The notes under the pieces: generated by a model | What the model saw: only the letters and a program-made list of their open reading frames with translations | Told to the model about the DNA's origin: nothing | The model's database searches: none | NCBI GenBank assembly: GCA_951406725.2 | Contig: OX597827.1 | Span: 59,830,001-59,894,000 of the forward strand | Length of the DNA stretch: 64,000 nt | Reading direction: 5' to 3' | DNA from: Octopus vulgaris | Lineage: Eukaryota | Shown: positions 1 through 13,738 of the stretch, one piece after another | Layout: every line of letters starts with the position of its first letter | Position numbering within the stretch: position 1 is the stretch's first letter | Made by a program: the position numbers and the translations under genes

Positions 1-117
1 ATATATACACACACACATATTTATATGAATGTACGTATATATGTGTGTGTAAAAACGTGACTATGAATGAGTGTGTGTGTGTACATGTGTTTGTGTGTGT
101 CTGTATCTGTGTGACTC

Positions 118-189
<72 letters not shown>

Positions 190-865
190 TGTGTGTTGTG
201 TGTTGCACGCGTTTGCTAATCTACGCGCGATTACGAACGAGGACTCGTAACGTGCGCATTTCTGAAGAGCCTGCGCATCTTCAGGAATAACTCAGAGGGT
301 TTGTTCCCTAGGTGTAGCAAGAAGCATTTCGCAGAAAAAGGAATGAAGGAAGGAAAGGCAAGCGTGGAGAGACAGCGTGTATGTGCCCTATACTACTAGT
401 TCAGTAACACAGCTGCCTATCTGCTCTATCAGTTTACAATTGCTTTTCAAGATGTCTTAATAGCCAAATGAAAATTCACTCTGGAATATCACCGCAAACG
501 CCAATGTTTCATGTACTCGCTACTCATTATCAGGACATTTTGAATTTTAGTCAATCGTAACATTTCTTTTTTTTTTTTTTTCGAGTATGCATTTTGGATC
601 AATTTCTTTGCTAAAACGGGACTCGCGTATATATTTTTTTGTTTGTTTGTTAGTTCGTTTCCTAAATTTCTTATTTGTTTAGCTGTCTATGTTCACGTAC
701 ATACATACATACATACATACATACATACATACATACATACATACATACATACACACACACATACATACATACATACATACATACATACACACATATATAC
801 ATACATACATACATATATACACACATACATACATACATACATACATACATACATACATACATACA

Positions 866-899
<34 letters not shown>

Positions 900-1032
900 C
901 ATACATACATACATACACACACACATACGCACACGCACACACATATGCTTAACGAGTTTCACGGAAGCATACTTTGTATAGAATCTGTATGTGCATCCGT
1001 TCCGTACGTGCATCTGAGTATGTGTGTGTGTG

Positions 1033-1079
<47 letters not shown>

Positions 1080-1092
1080 ATATACATGTATG

Positions 1093-1132
<40 letters not shown>

Positions 1133-1671
1133 TATGTATGTATATATATATATATGTATGTATATATATATGTATATATATATATGTATGTATATATATG
1201 TATATATATATGTATATATATATATGTATATATATATATATACATATATATATACATATATACCTACATATGCATATGAATATAACTATGTGTGTTTATG
1301 GATATGTATGAATGTATATATATACTTTTGTGTGTGTGTGTGCATATACATACATACACCATATTTACATACATACGTACGTACATACACGCACACACAT
1401 GTATACGTTTATGTTTGCGTCGCTGTGCTCCGTCGTGCTCTTTTTTCCTCTTAAACATTTTTCTTTAATGAAGAATGTGTATGCATATACATGTGCGTGC
1501 GTACATGCTATGCGTACAAATACATGCATCTGTGTAAGCATACATGTACGTATTTATATGTGCATGTATATGTAGGTCCTGGCGTTTATGCATTTGTGTG
1601 TCTATGGATGTTTACATGTATGTGTTTACACACACACTTTTGTTTATTTATCTGCATTTATAGACATATAT

Positions 1672-2063
1672 GTTTCTTGACTACCTACAAGGGGCTAAAC
1701 ATAGAGGGGACAGTCGATTAGATCCACCTCAGTACGCAACTGGTACCTAATTTTATCGACCCCGAAAGGATGAAAGGCAAAGTCGATCTCGGCGGAATTT
1801 GAATTCACAACGTAACGGCAGAGGAAATACCTATTTCTTTACTACCCACAAGGGGCTAAACACAGAGGGGGCAAACAAGGACAAACAAACGAATTAAGTC
1901 GATTACATCGACCCCAGTGCGTAACTGGTACTTAATTTATCGACCCCGAAAGGATGAAAGGCAAAGTCGACCTCGGCGGAATTTGAACTCAGAACGTAAC
2001 GGCAGATGAAATACGGCTACGCATTTCGCCCGGCGTGCTACCGTTTCTGCCAGCTCGCCGCCT
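1672..2063 (-). mobile_element. tRNA-derived SINE type B (one full plus one partial tandem copy)
   Basis: Reverse complement of AGGCGGCGAGCTGGCAGAA...GAGTTCAAATTCCGCCGAGGTCGACTTTGCCTTTCATCCTTTCGGGGTCGATAAATTAAGTACCAG. A/B-box-like head; many copies in the window. Confidence 0.85.
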
Positions 2064-2177
2064 TATTTATAGAAATATATATATGTACATGTATATATGT
2101 ATCTATGTATATATATACAACTGTCAGAAGGATGAAGTCAATTGTTTATACATAGTATGTTAACATGAGGACATATC

Positions 2178-2650
2178 AATGTAATCATTCACAATAACAG
2201 TCAAAATGATAAAATGACAGGGTAATTATTCCAAGATTGGCAGAAGAATGTAGAAAATATAAACGCTTTCCGAAGGACATATACAATGGGATTATTCTCA
2301 ATAACTGACTGATGGATATAGACAGAATAATCATTCCCAATAACTGACTGAAGACAATGTAATCCTTCTCATTAATTAACAAGATGTAGACAATGCAATC
2401 ATTACCATTATCAAACAGAAAAGTAGAGAGAATGTAATCTTTACCAATAAGTGAAAGGAAGATTAAGGCAGTGTAATCATTCCTCAAGACTTGCAGAAGA
2501 ATTTTGACAATGTAATTACTCCCGTTAACTAACAGAAGGTCATGGTGACTGCGATCGTTCTCAATAATTGACAGATGGCTACGCACAGTGTAACAGTTTC
2601 CAGTAAGTGAAAGAACGCTGTAGACAATGTTATCATTCTCATTAGAATAT
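2178..2650. repeat. degenerate ~39-bp minisatellite
   Basis: Recurring AATGTAATCATTCTCAATAACTGACAGAAG-like units; one further unit at ~3502 after the nested insertions. Confidence 0.7.
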
Positions 2651-2704
2651 AGACCCAATGTTTCTCAACCATCTTTTACCTATATGAAAAAAAAAAAAGC
2701 TACT

Positions 2705-2903
2705 GTCTCGAGTAATGCTGAATCATAAGGGCTGGTTTCCCGGTTTCAATGGCGCCATGTATTCCCCACCTGGATGGAACGCTAGTCCGTTGCAGGATTA
2801 CTCCTTTTTGTCAGCTGAGTGAACTGGAACAACCTGAACTGAAGTGTATTTTGCTCAAGAACACAACGCATCACCCAGTCCAGGATTCGAAACCACAATC
2901 TTT
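2705..2903 (-). mobile_element. tRNA-derived SINE type C fragment
   Basis: TTTTGCTCAAGAACACAACGC...GGATTCGAAACCACAATC is the reverse complement of a B-box head plus CORE-like segment. Confidence 0.65.
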
Positions 2904-2910
2904 TACCTAT

Positions 2911-3283
2911 AGGCAGAGAAGTGGCTGTGTGGTAAGTAGCTTGCTTACCAACCAAATGGTTCAGTCTCACAGCGTGGAAGCTTGGGCAAGTGTCTTCTAC
3001 TATAGCTTCGGGCCGACCAAAGCCTTGTGAGTGGCTTTGGTAGACAGAAACTGAAAGAAGCCCGTCGTATATACATGCATATATATATATATATATATAT
3101 GTATGTCTATGTATACGTTTGTGTGTCTGTGTTTGTCCTCCCAACATCGCTTGACAACCGATGCTGGTGTGTTTACGTCCCCGAAACTTAGCGGTTCGGC
3201 AAAATAGACCGATAGAATAAGTACTAGGCTTACAAAGAATAAATCCTGCATGGCCGCAGTCAAATGACTGATACAAGTAAAAA
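2911..3283 (+). mobile_element. tRNA-derived SINE type A (CORE-like, internal TA/TG linker)
   Basis: GTGGCTGTGTGGTAAGTAGCTTGC...TTGGGCAAGTGTCTTCTACTATAG...GAAACTGAAAGAAGCCCGTCG-(TA)n-...GTCAAATGACTG..ACAAGTAAAA; more than 12 copies in the window. Confidence 0.9.
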
Positions 3284-3526
3284 AGTATGGACCCATCCTG
3301 ATTCTTACTTAACTCAGATGGACCCTTCACGCCATCCGATGTTTGAAAAAGTTGTATTGTATTTTCATAATTAAATATCATTAGCAATTGTATAAAAGAT
3401 ATAATTAAAATATTTTGTGTAATTTAGACAGCAATTTATTGCAAGGTAAATTTTAACGACAGAACCTTATTTAGACCTCAAAAGTCATATGAACCCCAGT
3501 CTATGTAATCATTCCCAGTAACTGTA

Positions 3527-4125
3527 GTGGTGGTGGTGGTGGTGCAGATGATGGAGATAGAGTTGGTGATGAAGGTGATGGTGCTGGAGGGTGTTGTGCA
3601 GGTGGTGGTGGAGGTGGAGGTGGTGGTGATTGTGGCAGTAGTGGTGGTGGTGGTGATGGTGGTAGGGGAGGTCGTTGTGATTGTTATTGTGGTGATGTTG
3701 GTTATGGCGTTGGTGGTAGTGAGAAGGTGGTGCTGGTCGCTGTTGTGGTTATGCTGGTTGTGGTGAAGGCGGTAGTGATGGTGACGGCGGTGAAGGTGGT
3801 GGTGGTGGTGGTGACAGTGAGGCGGAAATGGTAGTGGTGATGGTGGTAGTGGTGGTGATGGTGGTGGTGGTGGTGGTTAAGCTGCTGTTGCTATTGGCTG
3901 TGTTCGTGACCGCTGTTATGGTGGTATTGGCTGTGGTGTTGGTGGTAGCGTGACAGTAGTATAGGTGTTAGTAGTGACGATGGCGGCGTTGTTATCAGCG
4001 TTTGTGATAGTCGTAGAAACAAAATCAGAGTGGCGGCGGCGGCGGCGGCGGCAGCCGCGGTGGAGGCGGTGGTTATAGTAATGTTGGACGCGGCATTATT
4101 GGTGTTGGTAGCGGTGGTAGTGTTC
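3527..4125. repeat. (GGT)n-rich low-complexity tract
   Basis: Imperfect GGT/GAT triplets; similar tracts at 5150-5440, 7490-7960, 21990-22730 and 54420-54810. Confidence 0.85.
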
Positions 4126-4698
4126 AGTGTATGTGAGCGTCAGGAGGGGTGGAGGTTGATTGTGGGGGAAGAAAGGATACGGGGGAATAGGGGCGGGTAC
4201 TCAATATATAGACATGGAGCTGGGTAATAAATAAATACTACAGCAGGCGGTACTGTAAAACTGACCAAAACGTGTTGTAAAACGGCCATAAAAATGCCGC
4301 AACCGATGTGCCATTAGAACTATATTTGGCGCTAACCAACGGATATAGTGTATACAGCAAGCATGGCCATATATATATAAAACATGTATATGATATGTGA
4401 CATATATATGATATGTCATATATATATATATATGTGATATACATACATATATGTATATATATGTGATATACATACATATATGTATATATATAGCGTATAT
4501 ATATACATGTATATATGTATACGTATATATATTTATGTATACACACACTCACACATACATACATACATATACGCATAGACACATACATACAAATATTGAT
4601 ATACGTGTGGAAATATGTTAAATGGATATACACATGTATACATCTGTATATATGTGTGTGTACACACACACATATTGATAGATAAATAAATATGTATG

Positions 4699-4768
<70 letters not shown>

Positions 4769-5997
4769 TAGATTGACAGATAGATAATTAGATACACGTA
4801 CTTATATATGTATATGTATAGATATACATACAGACAGATATATGCACACACACACACACACACATGCAGTATAGATGGACCCCGTGTACAAATATAACAT
4901 CAGAGCCACGATGTATGGCGAGATAAGTCGGTAGAACAAGACAGGAGAATAAAAGAACAGAAGGAAGATGAATAAAAAAAAAAGAATGTGGAGAGGGCTG
5001 GTCAGGGTTGATGAGGGCTGGTCAGGGTTGATGAGGGCTGGTGAGGGCTGGTGAGGGCTGGTGAGGGCTGGTGAGGCCCGGTGAGCAAGATCTGCAGTAG
5101 AGGTTTGTGGAATAGGGCTGTGGCAGCAGATGAGAAGGAGCAGTAGCAGTGGATGATGAGGTAGATGTGGAGGTGGTCACGGGGGTTAATGACGGTAGTA
5201 ATATTAGTGGCTTTAATGGTGGTCATTGCAATAATAATAATAGTAGTAGTGGTGGCGGTGGTAGTGGTTGTGATGGTGGTGGTGTTAGTGGTGTTTGTGG
5301 TGATGGTATTTGTGGTGCTGGGGTGGCGGTGACTGTGGTGGTGGTGGTAGTGGTGATGGTTGTGGTGGTTGTGGTGGTGTTGGTGGTGGGGGTTGTGAAT
5401 GTTGTTGTGATGGTGGTCACTGTGATGGTGGTGGTGGTTCAGAAATGGGCCCCGGCCCTATCGTTATATAGTGTAGATATGTCTGCGAGGTTTAGAAGCT
5501 CACTTTGCGTCCATGGAGTTTGGGATTCAGTCTCACGACGCGGCATCTTGGGCACGCGGAACTTTGGACACGCGGCACATTGGGCAAGGGCTTTCTACTA
5601 TAGCTCCGAGTCGATCAATGTCTTTGTGAATGAATTTAATGGACGGAAACTGTGTAAACTCGTCGTGACTGTGTAGTAAGATGCTTGGTTCCTAATACAT
5701 GGTTCCAGGTTCAGCCCTATTGCGTGGCACCTTGGGTGGCCGACCAAAGATTTGTGAGACTGAAACTGAAAGCAGTCTGCTTCGGCATCTCATCAGTTAT
5801 TAAGACAAACAAAAACGCTATGAAAAAATATCGTTGAATAAAGGAAAATTATTCCAATCAGCCCCGGCATCCGAAACTCTGAGTTTTATTATGACAACCA
5901 ACTAATTGTCACATATTATATTTATAGATAAATTCCTCTATTTACATAATATCGAGGTCTCATTCATTGTTTTGTTGTCATATTATTATTATTATTA

Positions 5998-6161
<164 letters not shown>

Positions 6162-6225
6162 CAGATAATTCACGAGAATGAAATTTTTTCCCGCAAATTA
6201 TTTGCTCTTGTATAGAGAGTATTTC

Positions 6226-6280
6226 TTTCACTGATGACTGTGATTTTATTTTGCCAGTACAGAAACCGGTTCACGTGAGA
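6226..6280 (+). ncRNA. candidate minimal hammerhead ribozyme
   Basis: tttca CTGATGA c tgt..17nt..aca GAAA CCGG TT cacgtgaga; palindromic helix III, in unique DNA abutting (TA)n; helix I imperfect. Confidence 0.5.
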
Positions 6281-6517
6281 TCTTATACTTAAATGTAAGT
6301 TAGATTTTATTAACTTGATCTGCTTTCGGTTGATTTCTGTAGTTATGATCAGTGTAATTTTGACGATTTAAATAATAGTTTTGACTGTTATTTCCAGCAC
6401 ACAACACACACACACACACACACACACTGTTTTCAAATACTGTTGAGACGGAAGCTGAATTTTTGGTGCCAGTGTTGGTGATAGTACATAATGATGATAT
6501 CGATAGTACTTTTAGAG

Positions 6518-6814
6518 TAGGGGTTCTCAAACATTTTTTAAATCTATGACACCCCTTTGATTACTATTTTATTCTGGTGGACCCTTGTAACCATTCCATG
6601 TTTAAAAACTAGTTTTACAGACTGTTATTTATTAATAGTTTCACACATTAATTGTGTATTACCTACCTGTTTCTTACCTTACCAATGCCTACGTCTAAAG
6701 CAGGGGCCTTTAAAATATCATTGTAGATCCCCAATTTTCTATTTTGTTGTAGGGGCCCCCAAATATCTGATGTGGACCCTCAGGGGCCAAATGGACCCCG
6801 GTTGAGAACCACTA
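6518..6814. mobile_element. hAT-superfamily MITE
   Basis: TIRs TAGGGGTTCTCAA / TTGAGAACCACTA; 8-bp TSD TTTTAGAG (6510-6517) / TTTTAGTG (6815-6822). Confidence 0.8.
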
Positions 6815-7059
6815 TTTTAGTGGAATTTGAATTCCGTACTGGCTTTCGGGATGTAGAGAAATGCTTTTATTCTTTTGTTTCAGCCCTGAGGTTGTGGCCA
6901 TGCTGGGGCACTGCTAGTTTTTATTGTTTTCTCTTTTTGGGTGAAACATAAAGTTGAATTGTGGAGTTAAAAGAATTTCGACCAGTGTTGTTTGTAGTGA
7001 TGGAGAGCTCATGCCCTCAGTGGTGCTGTTGATGGCGAGCAATCGTAGAAATGATAATT

Positions 7060-7410
7060 AATTCTACTATAGGCACAAGGTACGAAATTTTGGGGGAAGG
7101 GGCAGGTCGATTACATCGACCCCAGGCCTCAACGTCAACCCCGGCGGAATTTGAACTCAGAACGTAGCGGCAGACGAAATACTGCTAAGCATTTCGCCCG
7201 GCGTGCTAACGATTCTTTTCTACAATAGGCACAAGGTCATAAATTTTGGGGGAGGGGCCAGTCGATTACACTACATCAACCCCAGTACTCAACTGGTACT
7301 TAATTTATCGGCCCCTAAAGGATGAAAGGCAAAGTCGACCTCAGCGGAATTTGAACTCAGGACGTAGCGGCATTTCGCCCGGCATGCTAACGATTCTGCC
7401 AGCTCGCAGA
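7060..7410 (-). mobile_element. SINE type B, two partial copies
   Basis: Similar to 1672-2063 and 18001-18398. Confidence 0.8.
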
Positions 7411-8254
7411 CTTCGTAGGAATGGTAATGACGTCTGGGCGAGTTATAAAGGTACTAGTGTTTGAACATGTCGCTGTTATGAGGGTGGGTTGTGATAGAAG
7501 TGGTGGTTGTGGCGTTGGTGGAGTTGGTGACGGTGGTGGTGGTGTTGGTGAGCGGGGGTTGTGGTAGAAGTGGTGGTGGCTGTGGTGACGGTGGTGGTGG
7601 TGGCGTTGATGGTGTTGGTGGCTGAGTTAACCGTGGTGGCGGTGCTGGAACACGTGGCTGTAGTGAGCGGGGGTTGTGGTAGAAGTGGTGGTGGTTGTGG
7701 CGGTTGGTGGTGGTTGTGGTGTTTGTGGTGGTGTCGGTGTAGGTGGTGGTAGTAATGATGGTTGCGATGGCGGTGGTGTTGTCATGATGGTGGTTTTGGT
7801 TGTGATAGTGGTGGTGGTGGTGGTGGTGGTGGTGGTGGTGGTTGCGGTAGCAATGGCTCTGGTAGTCGAAGTTATGGTGGTAGCGGTGGTGGTGGCGGTA
7901 GTGGTAGTGCATGTGATGTTGGTGATGATGGTGGTGGTTGTGGTGGTTTGGGTGGTGTTGTGGTATTTGTGAAGCTATTGAGATGAACATAAGATAATAA
8001 ATATGGCGTTCACTTGATTGATCACAGCGATTGGTGAGTAATGGTAAAAACAGCAACAAGTGTGGGTGGGCGAGTGGGAGTGAGGCATCAGAAGGAGTTG
8101 GAGGGGGCGCAGGGACAGGGGCAGGCAACCCATGAAATAACAAAATCATCACAAAGAAGATTCTGGTCACGGTAATGAAAGTGATCGTCAACAACATTAC
8201 CATTGTCACCACTACCGTTATCACCACCACCACCACCATCACCACAACCACTAC

Positions 8255-8313
<59 letters not shown>

Positions 8314-8507
8314 CCATCGTCGTCGTCGTCGTCGTCATAATGATTTACAAATAGTTATTGCTATTCTCATCACCATCACCATCATTATCACAATCGTCAT
8401 ATATGTGTGACGGTATGCTTATGTGTGCGTGTGTATATATATATATATACATATATATATATGTATATATATATATACACTTATATATATCTATATCTAT
8501 ATATGTG

Positions 8508-8565
<58 letters not shown>

Positions 8566-8619
8566 CATACATATACATATATTTATATATGTACATATTC
8601 ATATATATATATATGTATG

Positions 8620-8672
<53 letters not shown>

Positions 8673-8717
8673 ACATATATGTATATATAAAATATGTGTG
8701 TGCGCGTGTGTGTATAG

Positions 8718-9025
8718 TGTAAGAATCCATAAGTTAGAAAAACAGGGAGTCGTATATTTGTCAAAATAGCGGGTATACAAATATTTATACAATACCATAT
8801 TATAGATCCTGTTCAGCCGTTTATACCAATCGGTTTCACACACAAGAAAATTTCAATATCGGCGTCCATTAGAAGGGCTTGAAGAAACAATAGGGCTAAA
8901 TTTTTCCTGCCAGCCCTTCTGACGAGTGCCTGGATTGGATTTTTCGAAAACTCACGTGTGCGAAAACGATTGGTTCAATCGGCTGAAATCGATCTATAAT
9001 TTTGTATTGTATGCATGTCCGTATA
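8718..9025. mobile_element. degenerate foldback element with tail (Penelope-like), decayed hammerhead
   Basis: Arms ~8775-8880 and ~8912-9022 are imperfect inverted repeats; CTGACGA at 8919 and GAAA-ACGATTGG-TT at 8962. Confidence 0.5.
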
Positions 9026-9037
9026 AACACTCACTTG

Positions 9038-9078
<41 letters not shown>

Positions 9079-9296
9079 TTTTATATAATAATACAAACGG
9101 GCTGCGGTTCATAACAGCTGTTTCAAACGTGTTTTTAGTGATGAACAAATCAATTACATCAAGTAAAAAAAAATAGGATTTTTCACACAAATAGTATAGA
9201 ATGCATATTGACCCACAATTGGCACCAAGATGGTGCAGTGGTTAAGAGCATAGGCTACTAACCCCAAGATACCGAGTTCGATTTCAGGCAGTGACC

Positions 9297-9329
<33 letters not shown>

Positions 9330-9330
<1 letters not shown>

Positions 9331-9792
9331 AGATGGGCTACAGCAAATATTCTGCTCAATACCACAGATTTGTTTGTCAGTTGTTTGACCTTAACCAGTT
9401 GGGCATGTTCCATAGTGGCTGACGATATGTGCATCTCTGATCAGGAGCAGAAGTAGTGGGGGAGCATCATAGCCATGTGTTGGGAGGAATTCTTTGGGGT
9501 CTGAATCATTCACCTCTGGAAACATGGGTGTTTCGTTCAACATCCTTAAACAACCCTTATTCAGGGACCTTTTGAGCGGGATGGGCTACTCGACCAGAAG
9601 AAAATTCTAACTGGGCCCCACATACAAGGTCATGCGCTGTTTATCTTGATATGAGATCACCATGTCACGCACATATGGTTGTGATGCATGTGCCTGGTGT
9701 ATCCTTATCAGACGGGTAGTCATGATGGGTATATTGGGCTTCGTATATTTTTCCCCAATTTCACTTTGATGGCATGCGCTGCTCTCTCGCTC

Positions 9793-9844
<52 letters not shown>

Positions 9845-10054
9845 GGGCTACTCAACCTGAAGAAATTTCTAACTGGGCCCCACCTGCAAGGTCATGTGCT
9901 GTTTATCTTGATATGAGATCACCATGTCGCGCACATATGGTTGTGATGCATGTGCCTGGTGTACCCTTATCAGACGGGTAGTCATGATGGGTATATTGGG
10001 CTTCGTATATTTTACCCCAGTGTCACTTTGATGGCATGAACTGCTCTCTCACTC
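9330..10054 (+). mobile_element. two tandem 5'-truncated copies of a (TAA)n-tailed retroposon 3' end
   Basis: 9845-10054 repeats 9583-9792 at high identity; each copy ends CTCTCTC.CTC-(AAT)n and sits in TAA arrays. Confidence 0.75.
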
Positions 10055-10119
<65 letters not shown>

Positions 10120-10129
10120 TAATAATTAA

Positions 10130-10600
10130 GCTGAGTCTTAACATTTTCAATCTCACCCAGTAGCCGACATGTCGCATTGAGATGACCTTCTTTGTGTAGC
10201 TTCCCTGAATCACCTCGATTTCCATCGTTAATTTTACAGTTTGATGACCACAGCTGTGAGCAGTAATCTAACCGTCTGAGGACTGATGTCCTCCAGAGAA
10301 CCATCATGGTTTCCTATTCTCTCGTTTTGAAAGTTATAAGGATCCATTCGGCCAATCGTCTGCATTTTAGTTGCCAACTTAATATATGCATCTGGAAAGA
10401 TGCATCTGTCTAGGTCGCCCACCGATTTTGATTCAGGGTTTGTAATCCCTCCTGGGCCAATGTTTCATGTCTGCTTTTCATTCAGCTTCGTGTTTTGGTA
10501 GCGCAGAGTTTGGAAGGAATTTTCTAACATCATACTATATATTACTTTCCTCTACCCACCTGTATATTGCATCCAACTCCTGTAATTTTATAAATATTTA
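10130..10600 (-). pseudogene. CR1/L2-group LINE reverse transcriptase C-terminal fragment
   Basis: Peptide MVLWRTSVLRRLDYCSQLWS resembles the post-RT motif L(Y/F)kslVrp.LeYCsqlWsP; frameshifted. Confidence 0.65.
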
Positions 10601-10602
10601 TA

Positions 10603-10898
10603 TCACCGTGATCACCGTGTCCAACCAGGCTATCAGATGTTGCTACACATCGCTGGTCACAATGCGCTGGCCACCCCCGCTGGCTAAGCGAGCAGGCCAA
10701 CGGAAGAAAGTGTGACAGAAAGTTGTGACGAAAGAGTACAGCAGGGATCGCCACCACCCTACCCACCCCTGCCGGAGCGTCGTGGAGCTTTTTTGAGTGT
10801 TTTCGCTTAATAAACACTCACAACGCCCGGTCTGGGAATCGAAACCGCGATCCTACGACCGCGAGTCCGCTGCCCTAAACACTGGGCCATTGCGCCTC
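10603..10898 (-). mobile_element. tRNA-derived SINE type C
   Basis: Minus-strand head GGAGGCGCAATGGCCCAGTGTTTAGGGCAGCGG...GGTTTCGATTCCC; homologous to 45771-46070. Confidence 0.85.
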
Positions 10899-10931
<33 letters not shown>

Positions 10932-11008
10932 ACACACACACACACGCACACGCACATATATATATATATATGCACTCACACACATATGTATGTATCTATG
11001 TATATGTA

Positions 11009-11041
<33 letters not shown>

Positions 11042-11600
11042 ATATATATATATATACACACATATATATATATACATATACATATATAATATATATTATA
11101 TGGCGATAAAGATGACTGTAATGATGGTAATGATGATGATGGTGATGACTATTTATTTACTTACTTACGTATTTGTTTGGTTTGCTTCTAATGTTACCGT
11201 TTCGTTAATATTAATTAAACGTCGCGTATCTGATATTCAAATATCAAATTCGTATGACAATGCCATTACAATCTCGAAATATATCGGTCCGTCCATAAAC
11301 ACACACTCACACGCACACACCTACACATACACAGGCGCACAAAATATGTGTGGGTATTCATTCCTGAGAATGTGTGTGCGTGAGTATTTGTGTGTGTGTG
11401 TATGTTTGTGCTTGTGAAAGAGAGAGATAGAGAAAGAAATATTGAGAGAAACAGAGAGAGAGAAAGAGAGAGAGAGAAAAAAAGAAACAGAGAAGCGAGC
11501 TGTACATAAATACACACACGCAAAACTTCTCAATAAACACTCAATATGTATATGTGTGTGTATATATATACATATATATATATATATATCTATATATATT

Positions 11601-11786
11601 TTCGCCATGTTGGACCACTGAACTCAACAGGTTTTTTTTCATTCCCTCTCTATTTATTCCCTCTTAATCCTTTCTGCTGAAGAGCGTAGGCTCGAAACGT
11701 GAAAGACTTTTCTATTTTTTCGAGCGTCGAACTTGCTTGTTTTTCCTACACCTATTTTCGTCTTTATTTTTCTATGAATTTGAGCT
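11601..11786 (+). mobile_element. compact hammerhead-like-motif element between microsatellites (family H1)
   Basis: ttt CTGCTGA a GAGC gtag GCTC GAAA CG TG aaag at 11671-11705; homologues at 15018, 15258, 31226 and 53553. Confidence 0.7.
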
Positions 11787-11859
11787 ATATGTGTGTGTGT
11801 GCGCGCGTGAGTTTGTGTGCATGTGTGTGTGTGTGCGTATATATATATATATATATATA

Positions 11860-12243
11860 AATACTATGTGCATTTAAACACAAAAAGGTATCCATCATAG
11901 GACTACCTGCTCGCTAGAAAGGACAGTTAAATTCCAAACCACTATTAGGGATAAAATGTCGAATGGAATGAAAAATAAAAACATTTACCCAATAACTCCT
12001 GGACCATTTATTTTTCATTCCATTCGAAATTTTATCCCTAATAGTGGTTTGGAATTTAACTCTCCTTTTTAGCGTGCAAGGAATCCTATAATGGATGCCT
12101 CTTATGTGTTTAAATGTACACTGTATTTATATGAATAATATATAGTCTATTGACTATATATTATTTTACACGCTAGGCCACTGGTAATGGAAATTTCTAA
12201 TATTTCAGATTATCCTTTGATATTATTAATTATTGATAAATTG
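11860..12243. mobile_element. foldback element with unpaired tail in (TA)n (family H2)
   Basis: Arms ~11860-11980 and ~12008-12130 are inverted; tail ~12130-12243; homologous to 45481-45734 and 48371-48745. Confidence 0.8.
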
Positions 12244-12303
<60 letters not shown>

Positions 12304-12337
12304 CAGACAGAGAGACAGACACAGATAGCTAGCTAGC

Positions 12338-12402
<65 letters not shown>

Positions 12403-12406
<4 letters not shown>

Positions 12407-12987
12407 TCAAATGAATATGGTACTTAAGTTGAGGCACCAGAATTTAGTACGGTATTATCCATAGAATTTCAACGTAAGATGATTAAAATCAAAATAAGCA
12501 ACAAGGATATCCAGAGGTAATGCAGTACGATCGTTTCATGCAATTCCATTTAATTGAACAATGCAATCATTACATCAATTTAAAATGCAGAGCAATCTTC
12601 AGCTGCACAAATACATAGAATTTAATTAAATTAGAACAAATGAACACATTAGTATAATTATACCTAAAATCTCCAAGAAGTTAAGGAGATAGATAAAGAA
12701 CATGCTGTCACACTCCAGTTTAGAAGTGACTGAATTTTCATGATATAAATAGTTACAGACTCTTCTTGTCACTGTTTTTTTTTTTTTTGTTTTTATGGGG
12801 TCAGTATTAATTTATAGACTAGTTTATCAAATCCCTTGTAAATGTAAGGCTGGGGGAATAGAGGTCAATATATGTTAGGAGTAGGGCTGAGAAATTAATG
12901 TAATGATTGCATTGTTCAATTAAACAGAGTTGCATGAAACGATCGTACTGCATTACCTCTGGTTATCATTGTTGCTTATTTTGATTT
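12403..12987 (-). mobile_element. hammerhead-bearing Penelope-like non-autonomous element (family H3)
   Basis: Inverted arms 12486-12581 / 12892-12987; tail 12403-12485; flanked by (GATA)n and (TA)n. Confidence 0.8.
12521..12607 (-). ncRNA. minimal type I hammerhead ribozyme
   Basis: Minus strand reads tgcag CTGAAGA ttgc...gcat GAAA CGATCG TA ctgca: perfect 5-bp helix I, palindromic helix III, GUA cleavage triplet. Confidence 0.8.
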
Positions 12988-12998
12988 ATATGTATGTA

Positions 12999-13084
<86 letters not shown>

Positions 13085-13087
<3 letters not shown>

Positions 13088-13185
13088 GTTGAGAAATTAG
13101 GCTTCTCAAAACCAGAAAGGAGAAAGCTAATTCGAAGACTACAGATCCAATCCATCACTGGAGCTGTAAAAATCTGTTTCAGGTA
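13085..13185 (+). pseudogene. possible 3' end of an RLE-type non-LTR retrotransposon ORF
   Basis: Translates [30 protein letters not shown], resembling the terminal LQ..aI.Gt.kI motif of R4/NeSL-like elements. Confidence 0.35.
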
Positions 13186-13209
13186 GAAGCTTAGCAATAT
13201 TTGTTCCAG

Positions 13210-13365
13210 CTTTCCGCCGAGGTCGACTTTGCCTTTCATCCTTTCGGGGTCGATTAAATAAGTACCAGTTACACACTGACGTTGATGTAATCAACTTAAT
13301 CCGTTTGTCTGTCCTTTTTGTCCCCTCTGTGTTTAGCCCCTTGTGGGTAGTAAAGAAATAGGTAT
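13210..13365 (+). mobile_element. SINE type B, 5'-truncated
   Basis: TTCCGCCGAGGTCGACTTTGCCTTTCATCC...GTAAAGAAATAGG. Confidence 0.85.
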
Positions 13366-13683
13366 TGGTTTGCTAACATGTCCGTAATTTAGCAGTGCAG
13401 TAAAGAAAAACTGAACCAGGCTTCAAAAGTAAGTACTGAGTTCGATCTTCGCGGCGGTGCACCAGTATGGCCACAATCCGATTACTGAAACAATTAAAAG
13501 ATAAAAGATAGTCACAAAGGCAGCAATAAACATGGAGAAAACGTTACGAATTACTCTCGTCGTCAGTTTGATGAAGGCCAGCCCGCCGAAACTTCGAAAT
13601 CACTATGAAGCTTTTCCTTGTTAATGCTTATATATACGTACACTCAGGTACATACACACGCAGGCACACACATCTGTGTCTAA

Positions 13684-13738
<55 letters not shown>

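Larger units (their letters stand above)
2656..3500. mobile_element. hAT-type MITE interrupted by two nested SINEs
   Basis: Starts CAATGTTTCTCAACC and resumes TATGGACCC at ~3286; resembles the intact copy at 6518-6814. Confidence 0.5.

Noticed and set aside
260-287. CTGAAGAG hairpin
   Set aside because: No GAAA-helix III-UH; a simple inverted repeat.
8010-8040. CACAG-CGATTG-GTGAGT microexon-like string
   Set aside because: Weak polypyrimidine tract; cannot be supported without transcripts.
9220-9297. tRNA-like sequence (also at the SINE heads)
   Set aside because: A/B boxes are present but there is no acceptor stem; best explained as SINE heads.
13563-13600. TTGATGA-aggc..gcc-GAAA-CTTCG hammerhead-like string
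   Set aside because: C3 and UH are missing and there is no helix I; too degenerate to call.
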